From assembly GCF_003018255.1 (NCBI RefSeq), contig NZ_CP027440.1: 64,000 bases of DNA; one strand, given 5' to 3'. This DNA comes from Escherichia coli (lineage in GTDB: Bacteria; Pseudomonadota; Gammaproteobacteria; Enterobacterales; Enterobacteriaceae). The notes beneath the pieces are model-generated. The model worked only from the letters and a program-made list of their open reading frames with translations, ran no database searches and was not told the DNA's origin. A program made the translations under genes and the position numbers. Each line of letters starts with the position of its first letter. Positions within the stretch are counted from its first letter, which is position 1. Of the stretch, positions 37,293-52,392 are shown piece by piece.

Positions 37293-38489
37293 ATGAAGCA
37301 ACTCACCATTCTGGGCTCGACCGGCTCGATTGGTTGCAGCACGCTGGACGTGGTGCGCCATAATCCCGAACACTTCCGCGTAGTTGCGCTGGTGGCAGGC
37401 AAAAATGTCACTCGCATGGTAGAACAGTGCCTGGAATTCTCTCCCCGCTATGCTGTAATGGATGATGAAGCGAGTGCGAAACTTCTTAAAACGATGCTAC
37501 AGCAACAGGGTAGCCGCACCGAAGTCTTAAGTGGGCAACAAGCCGCTTGCGATATGGCAGCGCTTGAGGATGTTGATCAGGTGATGGCAGCCATTGTTGG
37601 CGCTGCTGGGCTGTTACCTACGCTTGCTGCGATCCGCGCGGGTAAAACCATTTTGCTGGCCAATAAAGAATCACTGGTTACCTGCGGACGTCTGTTTATG
37701 GACGCCGTAAAGCAGAGCAAAGCGCAATTGTTACCGGTCGATAGCGAACATAACGCCATTTTTCAGAGTTTACCGCAACCTATCCAGCATAATCTGGGAT
37801 ACGCTGACCTTGAGCAAAATGGCGTGGTGTCCATTTTACTTACCGGGTCTGGTGGCCCTTTCCGTGAGACGCCATTGCGCGATTTGGCAACAATGACGCC
37901 CGATCAAGCCTGCCGTCATCCGAACTGGTCGATGGGACGTAAAATTTCTGTCGATTCGGCTACCATGATGAACAAAGGTCTGGAATACATTGAAGCGCGT
38001 TGGCTGTTTAACGCCAGCGCCAGCCAGATGGAAGTGCTGATTCACCCGCAGTCAGTGATTCACTCAATGGTGCGCTATCAGGACGGCAGTGTTCTGGCGC
38101 AGCTGGGGGAACCGGATATGCGTACGCCAATTGCCCACACCATGGCATGGCCGAATCGCGTGAACTCTGGCGTGAAGCCGCTCGATTTTTGCAAACTAAG
38201 TGCGTTGACATTTGCCGCACCGGATTATGATCGTTATCCATGCCTGAAACTGGCGATGGAGGCGTTCGAACAAGGCCAGGCAGCGACGACAGCATTGAAT
38301 GCCGCAAACGAAATCACCGTAGCTGCTTTTCTTGCGCAACAAATCCGCTTTACGGATATCGCCGCGTTGAATTTATCCGTACTGGAAAAAATGGATATGC
38401 GCGAACCACAATGTGTGGACGATGTGTTATCTGTTGATGCGAACGCGCGTGAAGTCGCCAGAAAAGAGGTGATGCGTCTCGCAAGCTGA
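37293..38489 (+). CDS. dxr: 1-deoxy-D-xylulose 5-phosphate reductoisomerase
   Basis: ORF track 37293..38489 (+), 398 aa; NADPH motif ILGSTGSIG. Confidence 0.96.
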
Positions 38490-38593
38490 GGATAATCCGG
38501 CTACAGAGAGTCGCGCTATTTGTTAGCGTAGGGCTTCAGTGATATAGTCTGCGCCATCTGATCGTAAGTAGTTGGCTTTATAAGGTCAGGTAT

Positions 38594-38619
38594 GCCGTGG
38601 TTTTACACGGCTTTTTTTT
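38594..38619 (+). terminator. Intrinsic terminator after dxr (gccgtg-gtttta-cacggc + TTTTTTTT)
   Basis: Read from sequence in the dxr-ispU spacer. Confidence 0.6.
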
Positions 38620-38674
38620 GTATAGGCTTCAGTATTCCTGAGTACCGTAAACCCTGTCAGGGAATAAGAAACGC

Positions 38675-39436
38675 GTGATGTTGTCTGCTACTCAACCACT
38701 TAGCGAAAAATTGCCAGCGCATGGCTGTCGTCATGTTGCGATCATTATGGACGGCAATGGTCGCTGGGCAAAAAAGCAAGGGAAGATTCGTGCCTTTGGG
38801 CATAAAGCCGGGGCAAAATCCGTCCGCCGGGCTGTCTCTTTTGCGGCCAACAACGGTATTGAGGCGTTAACGCTGTATGCCTTTAGTAGTGAAAACTGGA
38901 ACCGACCAGCGCAGGAAGTCAGTGCGTTAATGGAACTGTTTGTGTGGGCGCTCGATAGCGAAGTAAAAAGTCTGCACCGACATAACGTGCGTCTGCGTAT
39001 TATTGGCGATACCAGTCGCTTTAACTCGCGTTTGCAAGAACGTATTCGTAAATCTGAAGCGCTAACAGCCGGGAATACCGGTCTGACGCTGAATATTGCG
39101 GCGAACTACGGTGGACGTTGGGATATAGTCCAGGGAGTCAGGCAACTGGCTGAAAAGGTGCAGCAAGGAAACCTGCAACCAGATCAGATAGATGAAGAGA
39201 TGCTAAACCAGCATGTCTGTATGCATGAACTGGCCCCTGTAGATTTAGTAATTAGGACTGGGGGGGAGCATCGCATTAGTAACTTTTTGCTTTGGCAAAT
39301 TGCCTATGCCGAACTTTACTTTACAGATGTTCTCTGGCCCGATTTCGATGAACAAGACTTTGAAGGGGCGTTAAATGCCTTTGCTAATCGAGAGCGTCGT
39401 TTCGGCGGCACCGAGCCCGGTGATGAAACAGCCTGA
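38675..39436 (+). CDS. ispU: Undecaprenyl diphosphate synthase
   Basis: ORF track 38675..39436 (+), 253 aa; GTG start; cis-prenyltransferase motif IIMDGNGRWA. Confidence 0.93.
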   Translation: MMLSATQPLSEKLPAHGCRHVAIIMDGNGRWAKKQGKIRAFGHKAGAKSVRRAVSFAANNGIEALTLYAFSSENWNRPAQEVSALMELFVWALDSEVKSLHRHNVRLRIIGDTSRFNSRLQERIRKSEALTAGNTGLTLNIAANYGGRWDIVQGVRQLAEKVQQGNLQPDQIDEEMLNQHVCMHELAPVDLVIRTGGEHRISNFLLWQIAYAELYFTDVLWPDFDEQDFEGALNAFANRERRFGGTEPGDETA

Positions 39437-39448
39437 TGGGGGTCGCTT

Positions 39449-40306
39449 TTGCTGAAGTATCGCCTGATATCTGCTTTTGTGTTAATACCCGTTGTCATCG
39501 CGGCGTTGTTTCTGTTGCCGCCGGTGGGGTTCGCCATTGTAACGCTGGTGGTCTGCATGCTGGCAGCGTGGGAATGGGGACAGCTTAGCGGTTTTACCAC
39601 TCGTTCGCAGCGAGTATGGTTGGCGGTGTTATGCGGGTTATTGTTGGCGCTGATGCTTTTTCTGTTGCCGGAATATCACCGAAATATTCATCAACCGCTG
39701 GTTGAAATCTCACTTTGGGCTTCGCTGGGTTGGTGGATTGTCGCGCTATTGCTGGTGCTGTTTTACCCTGGTTCCGCAGCAATCTGGCGTAACTCTAAAA
39801 CATTGCGCCTTATTTTTGGCGTGCTAACCATTGTTCCCTTCTTCTGGGGCATGCTGGCGTTACGGGCCTGGCACTACGACGAGAATCATTACAGTGGCGC
39901 AATATGGCTGCTCTATGTCATGATCCTGGTATGGGGCGCTGACTCTGGCGCATATATGTTTGGCAAATTGTTTGGTAAACATAAGCTGGCACCGAAGGTT
40001 TCTCCGGGTAAAACCTGGCAAGGCTTTATAGGTGGACTCGCGACCGCAGCGGTAATCTCATGGGGTTATGGCATGTGGGCGAATCTCGACGTCGCTCCCG
40101 TCACCTTACTCATTTGCTCTATTGTCGCAGCGTTAGCCTCAGTGCTCGGCGATCTGACCGAGAGTATGTTTAAGCGTGAAGCAGGAATTAAGGACAGCGG
40201 TCATTTAATTCCAGGACACGGTGGTATTTTAGATCGTATTGATAGCCTGACGGCTGCGGTACCGGTCTTTGCTTGCTTGTTGTTACTGGTATTCAGGACG
40301 CTTTAA
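39449..40306 (+). CDS. cdsA: CDP-diglyceride synthase (phosphatidate cytidylyltransferase)
   Basis: ORF track 39449..40306 (+), 285 aa; TTG start ([16 protein letters not shown]...); polytopic membrane protein. Confidence 0.9.
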
Positions 40307-40317
40307 CGGAAGGTAAT

Positions 40318-41670
40318 ATGCTGAGTTTTCTCTGGGATTTGGCTTCGTTCATCGTTGCACTGGGTGTACTTATCACCGTGCATGAATTTGGTCATTTCTG
40401 GGTTGCCCGGCGTTGTGGTGTTCGCGTTGAGCGTTTCTCAATAGGGTTTGGTAAGGCGCTCTGGCGGCGAACTGATAAGCTCGGCACCGAATATGTTATC
40501 GCCCTGATCCCGCTGGGCGGTTATGTCAAAATGCTGGATGAGCGCGCAGAACCGGTCGTTCCGGAACTCCGCCACCATGCCTTCAATAATAAATCTGTCG
40601 GCCAACGAGCGGCGATTATTGCCGCAGGTCCGGTTGCAAACTTCATTTTTGCTATCTTTGCCTACTGGCTGGTTTTTATTATTGGTGTGCCTGGCGTACG
40701 TCCGGTGGTTGGCGAAATAGCAGCCAATTCGATAGCTGCGGAAGCACAAATTGCACCAGGTACGGAACTAAAAGCCGTAGATGGTATCGAAACGCCTGAT
40801 TGGGATGCCGTGCGTTTGCAGTTGGTCGATAAAATTGGCGATGAAAGCACCACCATTACGGTAGCGCCATTTGGCAGCGACCAACGGCGGGATGTAAAGC
40901 TCGATTTACGTCACTGGGCGTTTGAGCCTGATAAAGAAGATCCGGTAACTTCGCTGGGGATTCGTCCTCGTGGGCCGCAAATTGAACCTGTACTGGAAAA
41001 TGTGCAGCCAAACTCGGCGGCAAGCAAGGCAGGTTTGCAAGCAGGCGACAGGATCGTTAAAGTCGATGGTCAGCCCTTAACGCAGTGGGTGACCTTTGTG
41101 ATGCTTGTCCGGGATAACCCGGGTAAATCCTTAGCGTTAGAAATCGAAAGGCAGGGGAGTCCCTTGTCTTTGACATTAATCCCGGAGAGTAAACCGGGTA
41201 ATGGTAAAGCGATTGGTTTTGTCGGTATTGAGCCGAAAGTCATTCCTTTGCCAGATGAGTATAAAGTTGTACGCCAGTATGGGCCGTTCAACGCCATCGT
41301 CGAAGCCACGGACAAAACGTGGCAGCTGATGAAGCTGACGGTCAGTATGCTGGGAAAATTGATCACCGGTGATGTGAAACTGAACAACCTCAGTGGGCCG
41401 ATCTCTATCGCCAAGGGGGCTGGGATGACAGCGGAACTCGGGGTTGTTTATTACCTGCCGTTTCTTGCGCTTATTAGCGTGAACTTAGGGATAATTAACC
41501 TGTTTCCGTTGCCCGTACTTGACGGGGGGCATCTGCTGTTCCTTGCGATCGAAAAGATCAAGGGCGGACCGGTATCCGAGCGGGTTCAAGACTTTTGTTA
41601 TCGCATTGGCTCGATTTTGCTGGTGCTGTTAATGGGGCTTGCACTTTTCAATGATTTCTCTCGGTTATGA
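40318..41670 (+). CDS. rseP: Site-2 intramembrane zinc metalloprotease RseP (sigma-E pathway)
   Basis: ORF track 40273..41670 (+); start at ATG 40318 ([16 protein letters not shown]..., 450 aa); HEFGH zinc motif, PDZ region, LDGG motif. Confidence 0.93.
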   Translation: MLSFLWDLASFIVALGVLITVHEFGHFWVARRCGVRVERFSIGFGKALWRRTDKLGTEYVIALIPLGGYVKMLDERAEPVVPELRHHAFNNKSVGQRAAIIAAGPVANFIFAIFAYWLVFIIGVPGVRPVVGEIAANSIAAEAQIAPGTELKAVDGIETPDWDAVRLQLVDKIGDESTTITVAPFGSDQRRDVKLDLRHWAFEPDKEDPVTSLGIRPRGPQIEPVLENVQPNSAASKAGLQAGDRIVKVDGQPLTQWVTFVMLVRDNPGKSLALEIERQGSPLSLTLIPESKPGNGKAIGFVGIEPKVIPLPDEYKVVRQYGPFNAIVEATDKTWQLMKLTVSMLGKLITGDVKLNNLSGPISIAKGAGMTAELGVVYYLPFLALISVNLGIINLFPLPVLDGGHLLFLAIEKIKGGPVSERVQDFCYRIGSILLVLLMGLALFNDFSRL

Positions 41671-41681
41671 GAGTTAGTTAG

Positions 41682-44132
<2,451 letters not shown>

Positions 44133-44253
44133 GTGTTCTCCACAAAGGAATGTAGTGGTAGTGTAGCGATGACTTTAGGCGATCAATATAAGATCGCCGG
44201 GCCACGCAAAGAACTGCACCCTCCGGTGCAAATGGGATGGTAAGGAGTTTATT

Positions 44254-44739
44254 GTGAAAAAGTGGTTATTAGCTGCAGGTCTCGGTTTAGCACTGGCAAC
44301 TTCTGCTCAGGCGGCTGACAAAATTGCAATCGTCAATATGGGCAGCCTGTTCCAGCAGGTAGCGCAGAAAACCGGAGTTTCTAACACGCTGGAAAATGAG
44401 TTCAAAGGCCGTGCCAGCGAACTGCAGCGTATGGAAACCGATCTGCAGGCTAAAATGAAAAAGCTGCAGTCCATGAAAGCGGGCAGCGATCGCACCAAAC
44501 TGGAAAAAGACGTGATGGCCCAGCGCCAGACTTTTGCTCAGAAAGCGCAGGCTTTTGAGCAGGATCGCGCACGTCGTTCCAACGAAGAACGCGGCAAACT
44601 GGTTACTCGTATCCAGACTGCTGTGAAATCCGTTGCCAACAGCCAGGATATCGATCTGGTTGTTGATGCAAACGCCGTTGCTTACAACAGCAGCGATGTA
44701 AAAGACATCACTGCCGACGTACTGAAACAGGTTAAATAA
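44254..44739 (+). CDS. skp: Periplasmic chaperone Skp
   Basis: ORF track 44254..44739 (+), 161 aa; GTG start; signal peptide [20 protein letters not shown]. Confidence 0.95.
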   Translation: MKKWLLAAGLGLALATSAQAADKIAIVNMGSLFQQVAQKTGVSNTLENEFKGRASELQRMETDLQAKMKKLQSMKAGSDRTKLEKDVMAQRQTFAQKAQAFEQDRARRSNEERGKLVTRIQTAVKSVANSQDIDLVVDANAVAYNSSDVKDITADVLKQVK

Positions 44740-44742
44740 GTA

Positions 44743-45768
44743 ATGCCTTCAATTCGACTGGCTGATTTAGCGCAGCAGTTGGATGCAGAACTACACGGTG
44801 ATGGCGATATCGTCATCACCGGCGTTGCGTCCATGCAATCTGCACAAACAGGTCACATCACGTTCATGGTTAACCCAAAATACCGTGAGCATTTAGGCTT
44901 GTGCCAGGCGTCCGCGGTTGTCATGACCCAGGACGATCTTCCTTTCGCGAAAAGTGCCGCGCTGGTAGTGAAGAATCCCTACCTGACTTACGCGCGCATG
45001 GCGCAAATTTTAGATACCACGCCGCAGCCCGCGCAGAACATTGCACCCAGTGCGGTGATTGACGCGACGGCGAAGCTGGGTAACAACGTATCGATTGGCG
45101 CTAACGCGGTGATTGAGTCCGGCGTTGAACTGGGCGATAACGTGATTATCGGTGCCGGTTGCTTCGTAGGTAAAAACAGCAAAATCGGTGCAGGTTCGCG
45201 TCTCTGGGCGAACGTAACCATTTACCATGAGATCCAGATCGGTCAGAATTGCCTGATCCAGTCCGGAACAGTGGTAGGCGCAGACGGCTTTGGTTATGCC
45301 AACGATCGTGGTAACTGGGTGAAGATCCCACAGATTGGTCGCGTAATTATTGGCGATCGCGTGGAGATCGGTGCCTGCACTACCATTGATCGTGGCGCGC
45401 TGGATGACACTGTTATTGGCAATGGTGTGATCATTGATAACCAGTGCCAGATTGCACATAACGTCGTGATTGGCGACAATACGGCAGTTGCCGGTGGCGT
45501 CATTATGGCGGGCAGCCTGAAAATTGGTCGTTACTGCATGATCGGCGGAGCCAGCGTAATCAACGGGCATATGGAAATATGCGACAAAGTGACGGTTACG
45601 GGCATGGGTATGGTGATGCGTCCCATCACTGAACCAGGCGTCTATTCCTCAGGCATTCCGCTGCAACCCAACAAAGTCTGGCGCAAAACCGCTGCACTGG
45701 TGATGAACATTGATGACATGAGCAAGCGTCTGAAATCGCTTGAGCGCAAGGTTAATCAACAAGACTAA
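44743..45768 (+). CDS. lpxD: UDP-3-O-(3-hydroxymyristoyl)glucosamine N-acyltransferase
   Basis: ORF track 44743..45768 (+), 341 aa; left-handed beta-helix hexapeptide repeats. Confidence 0.96.
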
Positions 45769-45872
45769 CGTTCCATCTTTTGTTCGCCAAACTTTACGGC
45801 CTGTCTCATTCTTACGATTGCGGCAGGCCGTGTTATTATTGTCGTTTCTTATATTTTGACAGGAAGAGTATC

Positions 45873-46328
45873 TTGACTACTAACACTCATACTCTGCAGA
45901 TTGAAGAGATTTTAGAACTTCTGCCGCACCGTTTCCCGTTCTTACTGGTGGATCGCGTGCTGGATTTTGAAGAAGGTCGTTTTCTGCGCGCAGTAAAAAA
46001 TGTCTCTGTCAATGAGCCATTCTTCCAGGGCCATTTCCCTGGAAAACCGATTTTCCCGGGTGTGCTGATTCTGGAAGCAATGGCACAGGCAACAGGTATT
46101 CTGGCGTTTAAAAGCGTAGGAAAACTGGAACCGGGTGAGCTGTACTACTTCGCCGGTATTGACGAAGCGCGCTTTAAGCGCCCGGTCGTGCCTGGCGATC
46201 AAATGATCATGGAAGTCACTTTCGAAAAAACGCGCCGCGGCCTGACCCGTTTTAAAGGGGTTGCTCTGGTCGACGGTAAAGTAGTTTGCGAAGCAACGAT
46301 GATGTGTGCTCGTAGCCGGGAGGCCTGA
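45873..46328 (+). CDS. fabZ: 3-hydroxyacyl-ACP dehydratase FabZ
   Basis: ORF track 45780..46328 (+); start placed at TTG 45873 ([27 protein letters not shown]..., 151 aa), matching the known non-AUG start. Confidence 0.9.
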
Positions 46329-46331
46329 TAC

Positions 46332-47120
46332 GTGATTGATAAATCCGCCTTTGTGCATCCAACCGCCATTGTGGAAGAGGGCGCGTCGATTGGCGCGAAC
46401 GCTCACATTGGTCCTTTTTGTATCGTTGGACCCCATGTCGAAATTGGTGAGGGTACCGTACTGAAATCTCACGTTGTCGTGAATGGTCATACTAAAATTG
46501 GCCGCGACAATGAGATTTATCAGTTCGCCTCCATCGGCGAAGTCAACCAGGATCTTAAATATGCTGGCGAACCGACCCGTGTGGAAATCGGCGATCGTAA
46601 CCGCATTCGCGAAAGCGTCACCATTCATCGTGGCACAGTCCAGGGCGGTGGATTGACGAAGGTGGGCAGCGACAACTTACTGATGATCAACGCGCACATT
46701 GCGCACGATTGTACGGTAGGTAACCGCTGTATTCTCGCCAACAACGCAACGCTGGCGGGTCACGTATCGGTTGACGACTTCGCGATCATCGGCGGCATGA
46801 CCGCAGTCCATCAGTTCTGCATCATTGGTGCGCACGTGATGGTTGGCGGCTGCTCCGGTGTGGCGCAGGACGTCCCTCCTTATGTCATTGCGCAGGGTAA
46901 CCACGCAACGCCGTTCGGTGTCAATATCGAAGGGCTGAAGCGCCGCGGATTCAGCCGTGAGGCGATTACCGCTATCCGCAATGCGTATAAGCTGATTTAT
47001 CGTAGCGGTAAAACGCTCGATGAAGTGAAACCGGAAATTGCTGAACTGGCGGAAACATATCCGGAAGTGAAAGCCTTTACCGATTTCTTTGCACGCTCAA
47101 CGCGCGGTCTGATTCGTTAA
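46332..47120 (+). CDS. lpxA: UDP-N-acetylglucosamine O-acyltransferase
   Basis: ORF track 46332..47120 (+), 262 aa; GTG start; hexapeptide repeats. Confidence 0.96.
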
Positions 47121-48268
47121 TGACTGAACAGCGTCCATTAACGATTGCCCTGGTCGCCGGAGAAACCTCCGGCGATATCCTGGGGGCCGGTTTAATCCGC
47201 GCTCTGAAAGAACGTGTGCCCAACGCCCGCTTTGTTGGTGTTGCCGGGCCACGAATGCAGGCTGAAGGCTGCGAAGCCTGGTACGAAATGGAAGAACTGG
47301 CGGTGATGGGCATTGTTGAAGTGCTCGGTCGTCTGCGTCGCTTACTGCATATTCGTGCCGATCTGACAACGCGTTTTGGCGAACTGAAGCCAGATGTTTT
47401 TGTCGGTATTGATGCGCCTGACTTCAATATTACCCTTGAAGGTAACCTTAAAAAGCAGGGTATCAAAACCATTCATTATGTCAGTCCGTCCGTCTGGGCG
47501 TGGCGACAGAAACGCGTTTTCAAAATAGGCAGAGCCACCGATCTGGTGCTCGCATTTCTGCCTTTCGAAAAAGCGTTTTATGACAAATATAACGTGCCGT
47601 GCCGTTTTATCGGTCACACCATGGCTGATGCCATGCCGTTAGATCCAGATAAAAACGCCGCGCGTGATGTGCTGGGGATCCCTCACGATGCCCACTGTCT
47701 GGCATTGTTGCCGGGAAGCCGTGGCGCGGAAGTGGAGATGCTTAGCGCCGATTTCCTGAAAACGGCCCAGCTTTTGCGCCAGACGTATCCTGATCTGGAG
47801 ATCGTGGTGCCGCTGGTAAATGCCAAACGCCGTGAGCAATTTGAACGCATCAAAGCTGAAGTCGCGCCAGACCTTTCGGTTCATATGCTGGATGGAATGG
47901 GCCGTGAGGCGATGGTCGCCAGCGATGCGGCGCTATTGGCGTCGGGTACGGCTGCACTGGAGTGCATGCTGGCGAAATGCCCGATGGTGGTGGGGTATCG
48001 CATGAAGCCTTTCACCTTCTGGTTGGCGAAGCGGCTGGTGAAAACCGATTATGTCTCGCTGCCAAACCTGCTGGCGGGCAGAGAGTTAGTTAAAGAATTA
48101 TTGCAGGAAGAGTGTGAGCCGCAAAAACTGGCTGCGGCGCTGTTACCGCTGTTGGCGAACGGGAAAACCAGCCACGCGATGCACGATACCTTCCGTGAAC
48201 TGCATCAGCAGATCCGCTGCAATGCCGATGAGCAGGCGGCACAAGCCGTTCTGGAGTTAGCACAATGA
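47120..48268 (+). CDS. lpxB: Lipid-A-disaccharide synthase
   Basis: ORF track 47120..48268 (+), 382 aa; 1-nt overlap with lpxA stop. Confidence 0.96.
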   Translation: MTEQRPLTIALVAGETSGDILGAGLIRALKERVPNARFVGVAGPRMQAEGCEAWYEMEELAVMGIVEVLGRLRRLLHIRADLTTRFGELKPDVFVGIDAPDFNITLEGNLKKQGIKTIHYVSPSVWAWRQKRVFKIGRATDLVLAFLPFEKAFYDKYNVPCRFIGHTMADAMPLDPDKNAARDVLGIPHDAHCLALLPGSRGAEVEMLSADFLKTAQLLRQTYPDLEIVVPLVNAKRREQFERIKAEVAPDLSVHMLDGMGREAMVASDAALLASGTAALECMLAKCPMVVGYRMKPFTFWLAKRLVKTDYVSLPNLLAGRELVKELLQEECEPQKLAAALLPLLANGKTSHAMHDTFRELHQQIRCNADEQAAQAVLELAQ

Positions 48269-48861
48269 TCGAATTTGTTTATCCGCACACGCACCTGGTT
48301 GCGGGTGTGGATGAAGTCGGACGCGGGCCGTTAGTTGGCGCGGTCGTCACCGCTGCGGTGATCCTCGACCCGGCGCGCCCGATTGCCGGGCTGAATGATT
48401 CCAAAAAGCTGAGCGAAAAACGCCGTCTGGCGCTCTGCGAAGAGATCAAAGAGAAAGCGTTGAGCTGGAGTCTGGGCCGAGCGGAACCTCACGAAATCGA
48501 CGAACTGAATATTTTACACGCGACCATGCTGGCGATGCAGCGTGCCGTCGCTGGGCTGCATATTGCGCCGGAATATGTGTTGATTGATGGTAACCGCTGC
48601 CCGAAATTACCGATGCCTGCGATGGCTGTGGTGAAAGGCGATAGCCGCGTACCGGAAATCAGTGCCGCGTCTATCCTGGCGAAAGTGACGCGTGACGCCG
48701 AAATGGCGGCGCTGGATATTGTTTTCCCGCAATATGGTTTTGCCCAACATAAAGGGTATCCAACCGCTTTTCATCTGGAAAAACTGGCTGAATATGGCGC
48801 GACTGAACATCATCGTCGCAGCTTTGGGCCTGTCAAACGCGTACTGGGACTTGCGTCCTGA
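48265..48861 (+). CDS. rnhB: Ribonuclease HII
   Basis: ORF track 48265..48861 (+), 198 aa; [11 protein letters not shown] motif; 4-nt overlap with lpxB. Confidence 0.95.
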   Translation: MIEFVYPHTHLVAGVDEVGRGPLVGAVVTAAVILDPARPIAGLNDSKKLSEKRRLALCEEIKEKALSWSLGRAEPHEIDELNILHATMLAMQRAVAGLHIAPEYVLIDGNRCPKLPMPAMAVVKGDSRVPEISAASILAKVTRDAEMAALDIVFPQYGFAQHKGYPTAFHLEKLAEYGATEHHRRSFGPVKRVLGLAS

Positions 48862-48897
48862 TTCTTGTGTCGAGATTAAGTAAACCGGAATCTGAAG

Positions 48898-51800
48898 ATG
48901 TCTGAACCACGTTTCGTACACCTGCGGGTGCACAGCGACTACTCGATGATCGATGGTCTGGCCAAAACCGCACCGCTGGTAAAAAAGGCGGCGGCGTTGG
49001 GTATGCCAGCACTGGCGATCACCGATTTCACCAACCTTTGCGGTCTGGTGAAGTTCTACGGAGCGGGACATGGCGCAGGGATTAAGCCTATCGTCGGGGC
49101 AGATTTTAATGTCCAGTGCGACCTGCTGGGTGATGAGTTAACCCACCTGACGGTGCTGGCGGCGAACAATACCGGCTATCAGAATCTGACGTTGCTGATC
49201 TCAAAAGCGTATCAGCGCGGGTACGGTGCAGCTGGGCCGATCATCGATCGCGACTGGCTTATCGAATTAAACGAAGGGTTGATCCTTCTTTCCGGCGGGC
49301 GCATGGGCGACGTCGGACGCAGTCTTTTGCGTGGTAACAGCGCGCTGGTAGATGAGTGTGTCGCGTTTTATGAAGAACACTTCCCGGATCGCTATTTTCT
49401 CGAGCTGATCCGCACTGGAAGGCCGGACGAAGAAAGCTATCTGCACGCTGCGGTGGAACTGGCGGAAGCGCGCGGTTTGCCCGTCGTGGCGACCAACGAC
49501 GTGCGCTTTATCGACAGCAGCGACTTTGACGCACACGAAATCCGCGTCGCGATCCACGACGGCTTTACCCTAGATGATCCTAAACGCCCGCGTAACTATT
49601 CGCCGCAGCAATATATGCGTAGCGAAGAGGAGATGTGCGAGCTGTTTGCCGACATCCCCGAAGCCCTTGCCAACACCGTTGAGATCGCCAAACGCTGTAA
49701 CGTAACTGTGCGTCTTGGTGAATACTTCCTGCCGCAGTTCCCGACCGGGGACATGAGTACCGAAGATTATCTGGTCAAGCGTGCAAAAGAGGGCCTGGAA
49801 GAGCGTCTGGCATTTTTATTCCCTGACGAGGAAGAACGTCTTAAGCGTCGTCCGGAGTATGACGAACGTCTGGATACTGAACTTCAGGTTATCAACCAGA
49901 TGGGCTTCCCGGGCTACTTCCTCATCGTTATGGAATTTATCCAGTGGTCGAAAGATAACGGCGTACCGGTAGGGCCAGGCCGTGGCTCCGGTGCGGGTTC
50001 ACTGGTGGCCTACGCGCTGAAAATCACCGACCTTGATCCGCTGGAATTTGACCTGCTGTTCGAACGTTTCCTTAACCCGGAACGTGTCTCCATGCCTGAC
50101 TTTGACGTTGACTTCTGTATGGAGAAACGCGATCAGGTTATCGAACACGTGGCGGACATGTACGGTCGTGATGCGGTATCGCAGATCATCACCTTCGGTA
50201 CGATGGCGGCGAAAGCGGTGATCCGCGACGTAGGTCGCGTGCTGGGGCATCCGTACGGCTTTGTCGATCGTATCTCGAAACTGATCCCGCCCGATCCGGG
50301 GATGACGCTGGCGAAAGCGTTTGAAGCCGAGCCGCAGCTGCCGGAAATCTACGAAGCGGATGAAGAAGTTAAGGCGCTGATCGACATGGCGCGCAAACTG
50401 GAAGGGGTCACCCGTAACGCCGGTAAGCACGCCGGTGGGGTGGTTATCGCGCCGACCAAAATTACCGATTTTGCGCCGCTTTACTGCGATGAAGAGGGCA
50501 AACATCCGGTCACCCAGTTTGATAAAAGCGACGTTGAATACGCCGGACTGGTGAAGTTCGACTTCCTTGGTTTGCGTACGCTCACCATCATCAACTGGGC
50601 GCTGGAGATGATCAACAAGCGGCGGGCGAAGAATGGCGAGCCGCCGCTGGATATCGCCGCGATCCCGCTGGATGATAAGAAAAGCTTCGACATGCTGCAA
50701 CGCTCGGAAACCACTGCGGTATTCCAGCTTGAATCGCGCGGCATGAAGGACCTGATCAAGCGTCTGCAACCTGACTGCTTCGAAGATATGATCGCACTGG
50801 TGGCACTGTTCCGCCCCGGTCCGTTGCAATCAGGGATGGTGGATAACTTTATCGACCGTAAACATGGTCGCGAAGAGATCTCCTATCCGGACGTGCAGTG
50901 GCAGCATGAAAGCCTGAAACCGGTACTGGAGCCAACCTACGGCATCATCCTGTATCAGGAACAGGTCATGCAGATTGCCCAGGTGCTTTCTGGTTATACC
51001 CTCGGTGGCGCAGATATGCTGCGTCGTGCGATGGGTAAGAAAAAGCCGGAAGAGATGGCTAAGCAGCGTTCTGTATTTGCTGAAGGTGCAGAAAAGAACG
51101 GAATCAACGCCGAACTGGCGATGAAAATCTTCGACCTGGTGGAGAAATTCGCGGGTTACGGATTTAACAAATCGCACTCTGCGGCCTATGCTTTGGTGTC
51201 ATATCAAACGTTATGGCTGAAAGCGCACTATCCGGCAGAGTTTATGGCGGCGGTAATGACCGCCGATATGGACAATACCGAGAAGGTGGTGGGCCTGGTG
51301 GATGAGTGCTGGCGGATGGGGCTGAAAATCCTGCCACCAGATATAAACTCCGGTCTTTACCATTTCCACGTCAACGACGACGGCGAAATCGTGTATGGTA
51401 TTGGCGCGATCAAAGGGGTAGGTGAAGGTCCGATTGAGGCCATCATCGAAGCCCGTAATAAAGGCGGCTACTTCCGCGAACTGTTTGATCTCTGCGCCCG
51501 AACCGACACCAAAAAGTTAAACCGGCGGGTGCTGGAAAAACTGATCATGTCCGGGGCGTTTGACCGTCTTGGGCCACACCGTGCGGCGCTGATGAACTCG
51601 CTGGGCGATGCGTTAAAAGCGGCAGATCAACACGCGAAAGCGGAAGCTATCGGTCAGGCCGATATGTTCGGCGTGCTGGCCGAAGAACCGGAACAAATTG
51701 AACAATCCTACGCCAGCTGCCAACCGTGGCCGGAGCAGGTGGTATTAGATGGGGAACGTGAAACGTTAGGTCTGTACCTGACGGGACACCCTATCAACCA

Positions 51801-52380
51801 GTATCTAAAAGAGATTGAGCGTTATGTCGGAGGCGTAAGGCTGAAAGACATGCACCCGACAGAACGTGGTAAAGTCATCACGGCTGCGGGGCTCGTTGTT
51901 GCCGCGCGGGTTATGGTCACCAAGCGCGGCAATCGTATCGGTATCTGCACGCTGGATGACCGTTCCGGGCGGCTGGAAGTGATGTTGTTTACTGACGCCC
52001 TGGATAAATACCAGCAATTGCTGGAAAAAGACCGCATACTTATCGTCAGCGGACAGGTCAGCTTTGATGACTTCAGCGGTGGGCTTAAAATGACCGCTCG
52101 CGAAGTGATGGATATTGACGAAGCCCGGGAAAAATATGCTCGCGGGCTTGCTATCTCGCTGACGGACAGGCAAATTGATGACCAGCTTTTAAACCGACTC
52201 CGTCAGTCTCTGGAACCCCACCGCTCTGGGACAATTCCAGTACATCTCTACTATCAGAGGGCGGATGCACGCGCGCGGTTGCGTTTTGGCGCGACGTGGC
52301 GTGTCTCTCCGAGCGATCGTTTATTAAACGATCTCCGTGGCCTCATTGGTTCGGAGCAGGTGGAACTGGAGTTTGACTAA
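48898..52380 (+). CDS. dnaE: DNA polymerase III alpha subunit
   Basis: ORF track 48898..52380 (+), 1160 aa; PHP domain [20 protein letters not shown]..., polymerase core. Confidence 0.97.
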   Translation: MSEPRFVHLRVHSDYSMIDGLAKTAPLVKKAAALGMPALAITDFTNLCGLVKFYGAGHGAGIKPIVGADFNVQCDLLGDELTHLTVLAANNTGYQNLTLLISKAYQRGYGAAGPIIDRDWLIELNEGLILLSGGRMGDVGRSLLRGNSALVDECVAFYEEHFPDRYFLELIRTGRPDEESYLHAAVELAEARGLPVVATNDVRFIDSSDFDAHEIRVAIHDGFTLDDPKRPRNYSPQQYMRSEEEMCELFADIPEALANTVEIAKRCNVTVRLGEYFLPQFPTGDMSTEDYLVKRAKEGLEERLAFLFPDEEERLKRRPEYDERLDTELQVINQMGFPGYFLIVMEFIQWSKDNGVPVGPGRGSGAGSLVAYALKITDLDPLEFDLLFERFLNPERVSMPDFDVDFCMEKRDQVIEHVADMYGRDAVSQIITFGTMAAKAVIRDVGRVLGHPYGFVDRISKLIPPDPGMTLAKAFEAEPQLPEIYEADEEVKALIDMARKLEGVTRNAGKHAGGVVIAPTKITDFAPLYCDEEGKHPVTQFDKSDVEYAGLVKFDFLGLRTLTIINWALEMINKRRAKNGEPPLDIAAIPLDDKKSFDMLQRSETTAVFQLESRGMKDLIKRLQPDCFEDMIALVALFRPGPLQSGMVDNFIDRKHGREEISYPDVQWQHESLKPVLEPTYGIILYQEQVMQIAQVLSGYTLGGADMLRRAMGKKKPEEMAKQRSVFAEGAEKNGINAELAMKIFDLVEKFAGYGFNKSHSAAYALVSYQTLWLKAHYPAEFMAAVMTADMDNTEKVVGLVDECWRMGLKILPPDINSGLYHFHVNDDGEIVYGIGAIKGVGEGPIEAIIEARNKGGYFRELFDLCARTDTKKLNRRVLEKLIMSGAFDRLGPHRAALMNSLGDALKAADQHAKAEAIGQADMFGVLAEEPEQIEQSYASCQPWPEQVVLDGERETLGLYLTGHPINQYLKEIERYVGGVRLKDMHPTERGKVITAAGLVVAARVMVTKRGNRIGICTLDDRSGRLEVMLFTDALDKYQQLLEKDRILIVSGQVSFDDFSGGLKMTAREVMDIDEAREKYARGLAISLTDRQIDDQLLNRLRQSLEPHRSGTIPVHLYYQRADARARLRFGATWRVSPSDRLLNDLRGLIGSEQVELEFD

Positions 52381-52392
52381 TACAGGAATACT

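Noticed and set aside
44133-44253. Sigma-E promoter upstream of skp
   Set aside because: A GAACT-like element is present, but I could not find a convincing -10 element at the correct spacing, so no promoter was called.
49999-50829. 276-aa minus-strand ORF inside dnaE, and similar long antisense ORFs (45942..46628 in fabZ/lpxA, 52324..53259 in accA, 61471..62169 and 60787..61368 in proS, 45010..45570 in lpxD)
   Set aside because: All are opposite-strand frames fully inside conserved genes, without independent RBS/start support or recognisable motifs.
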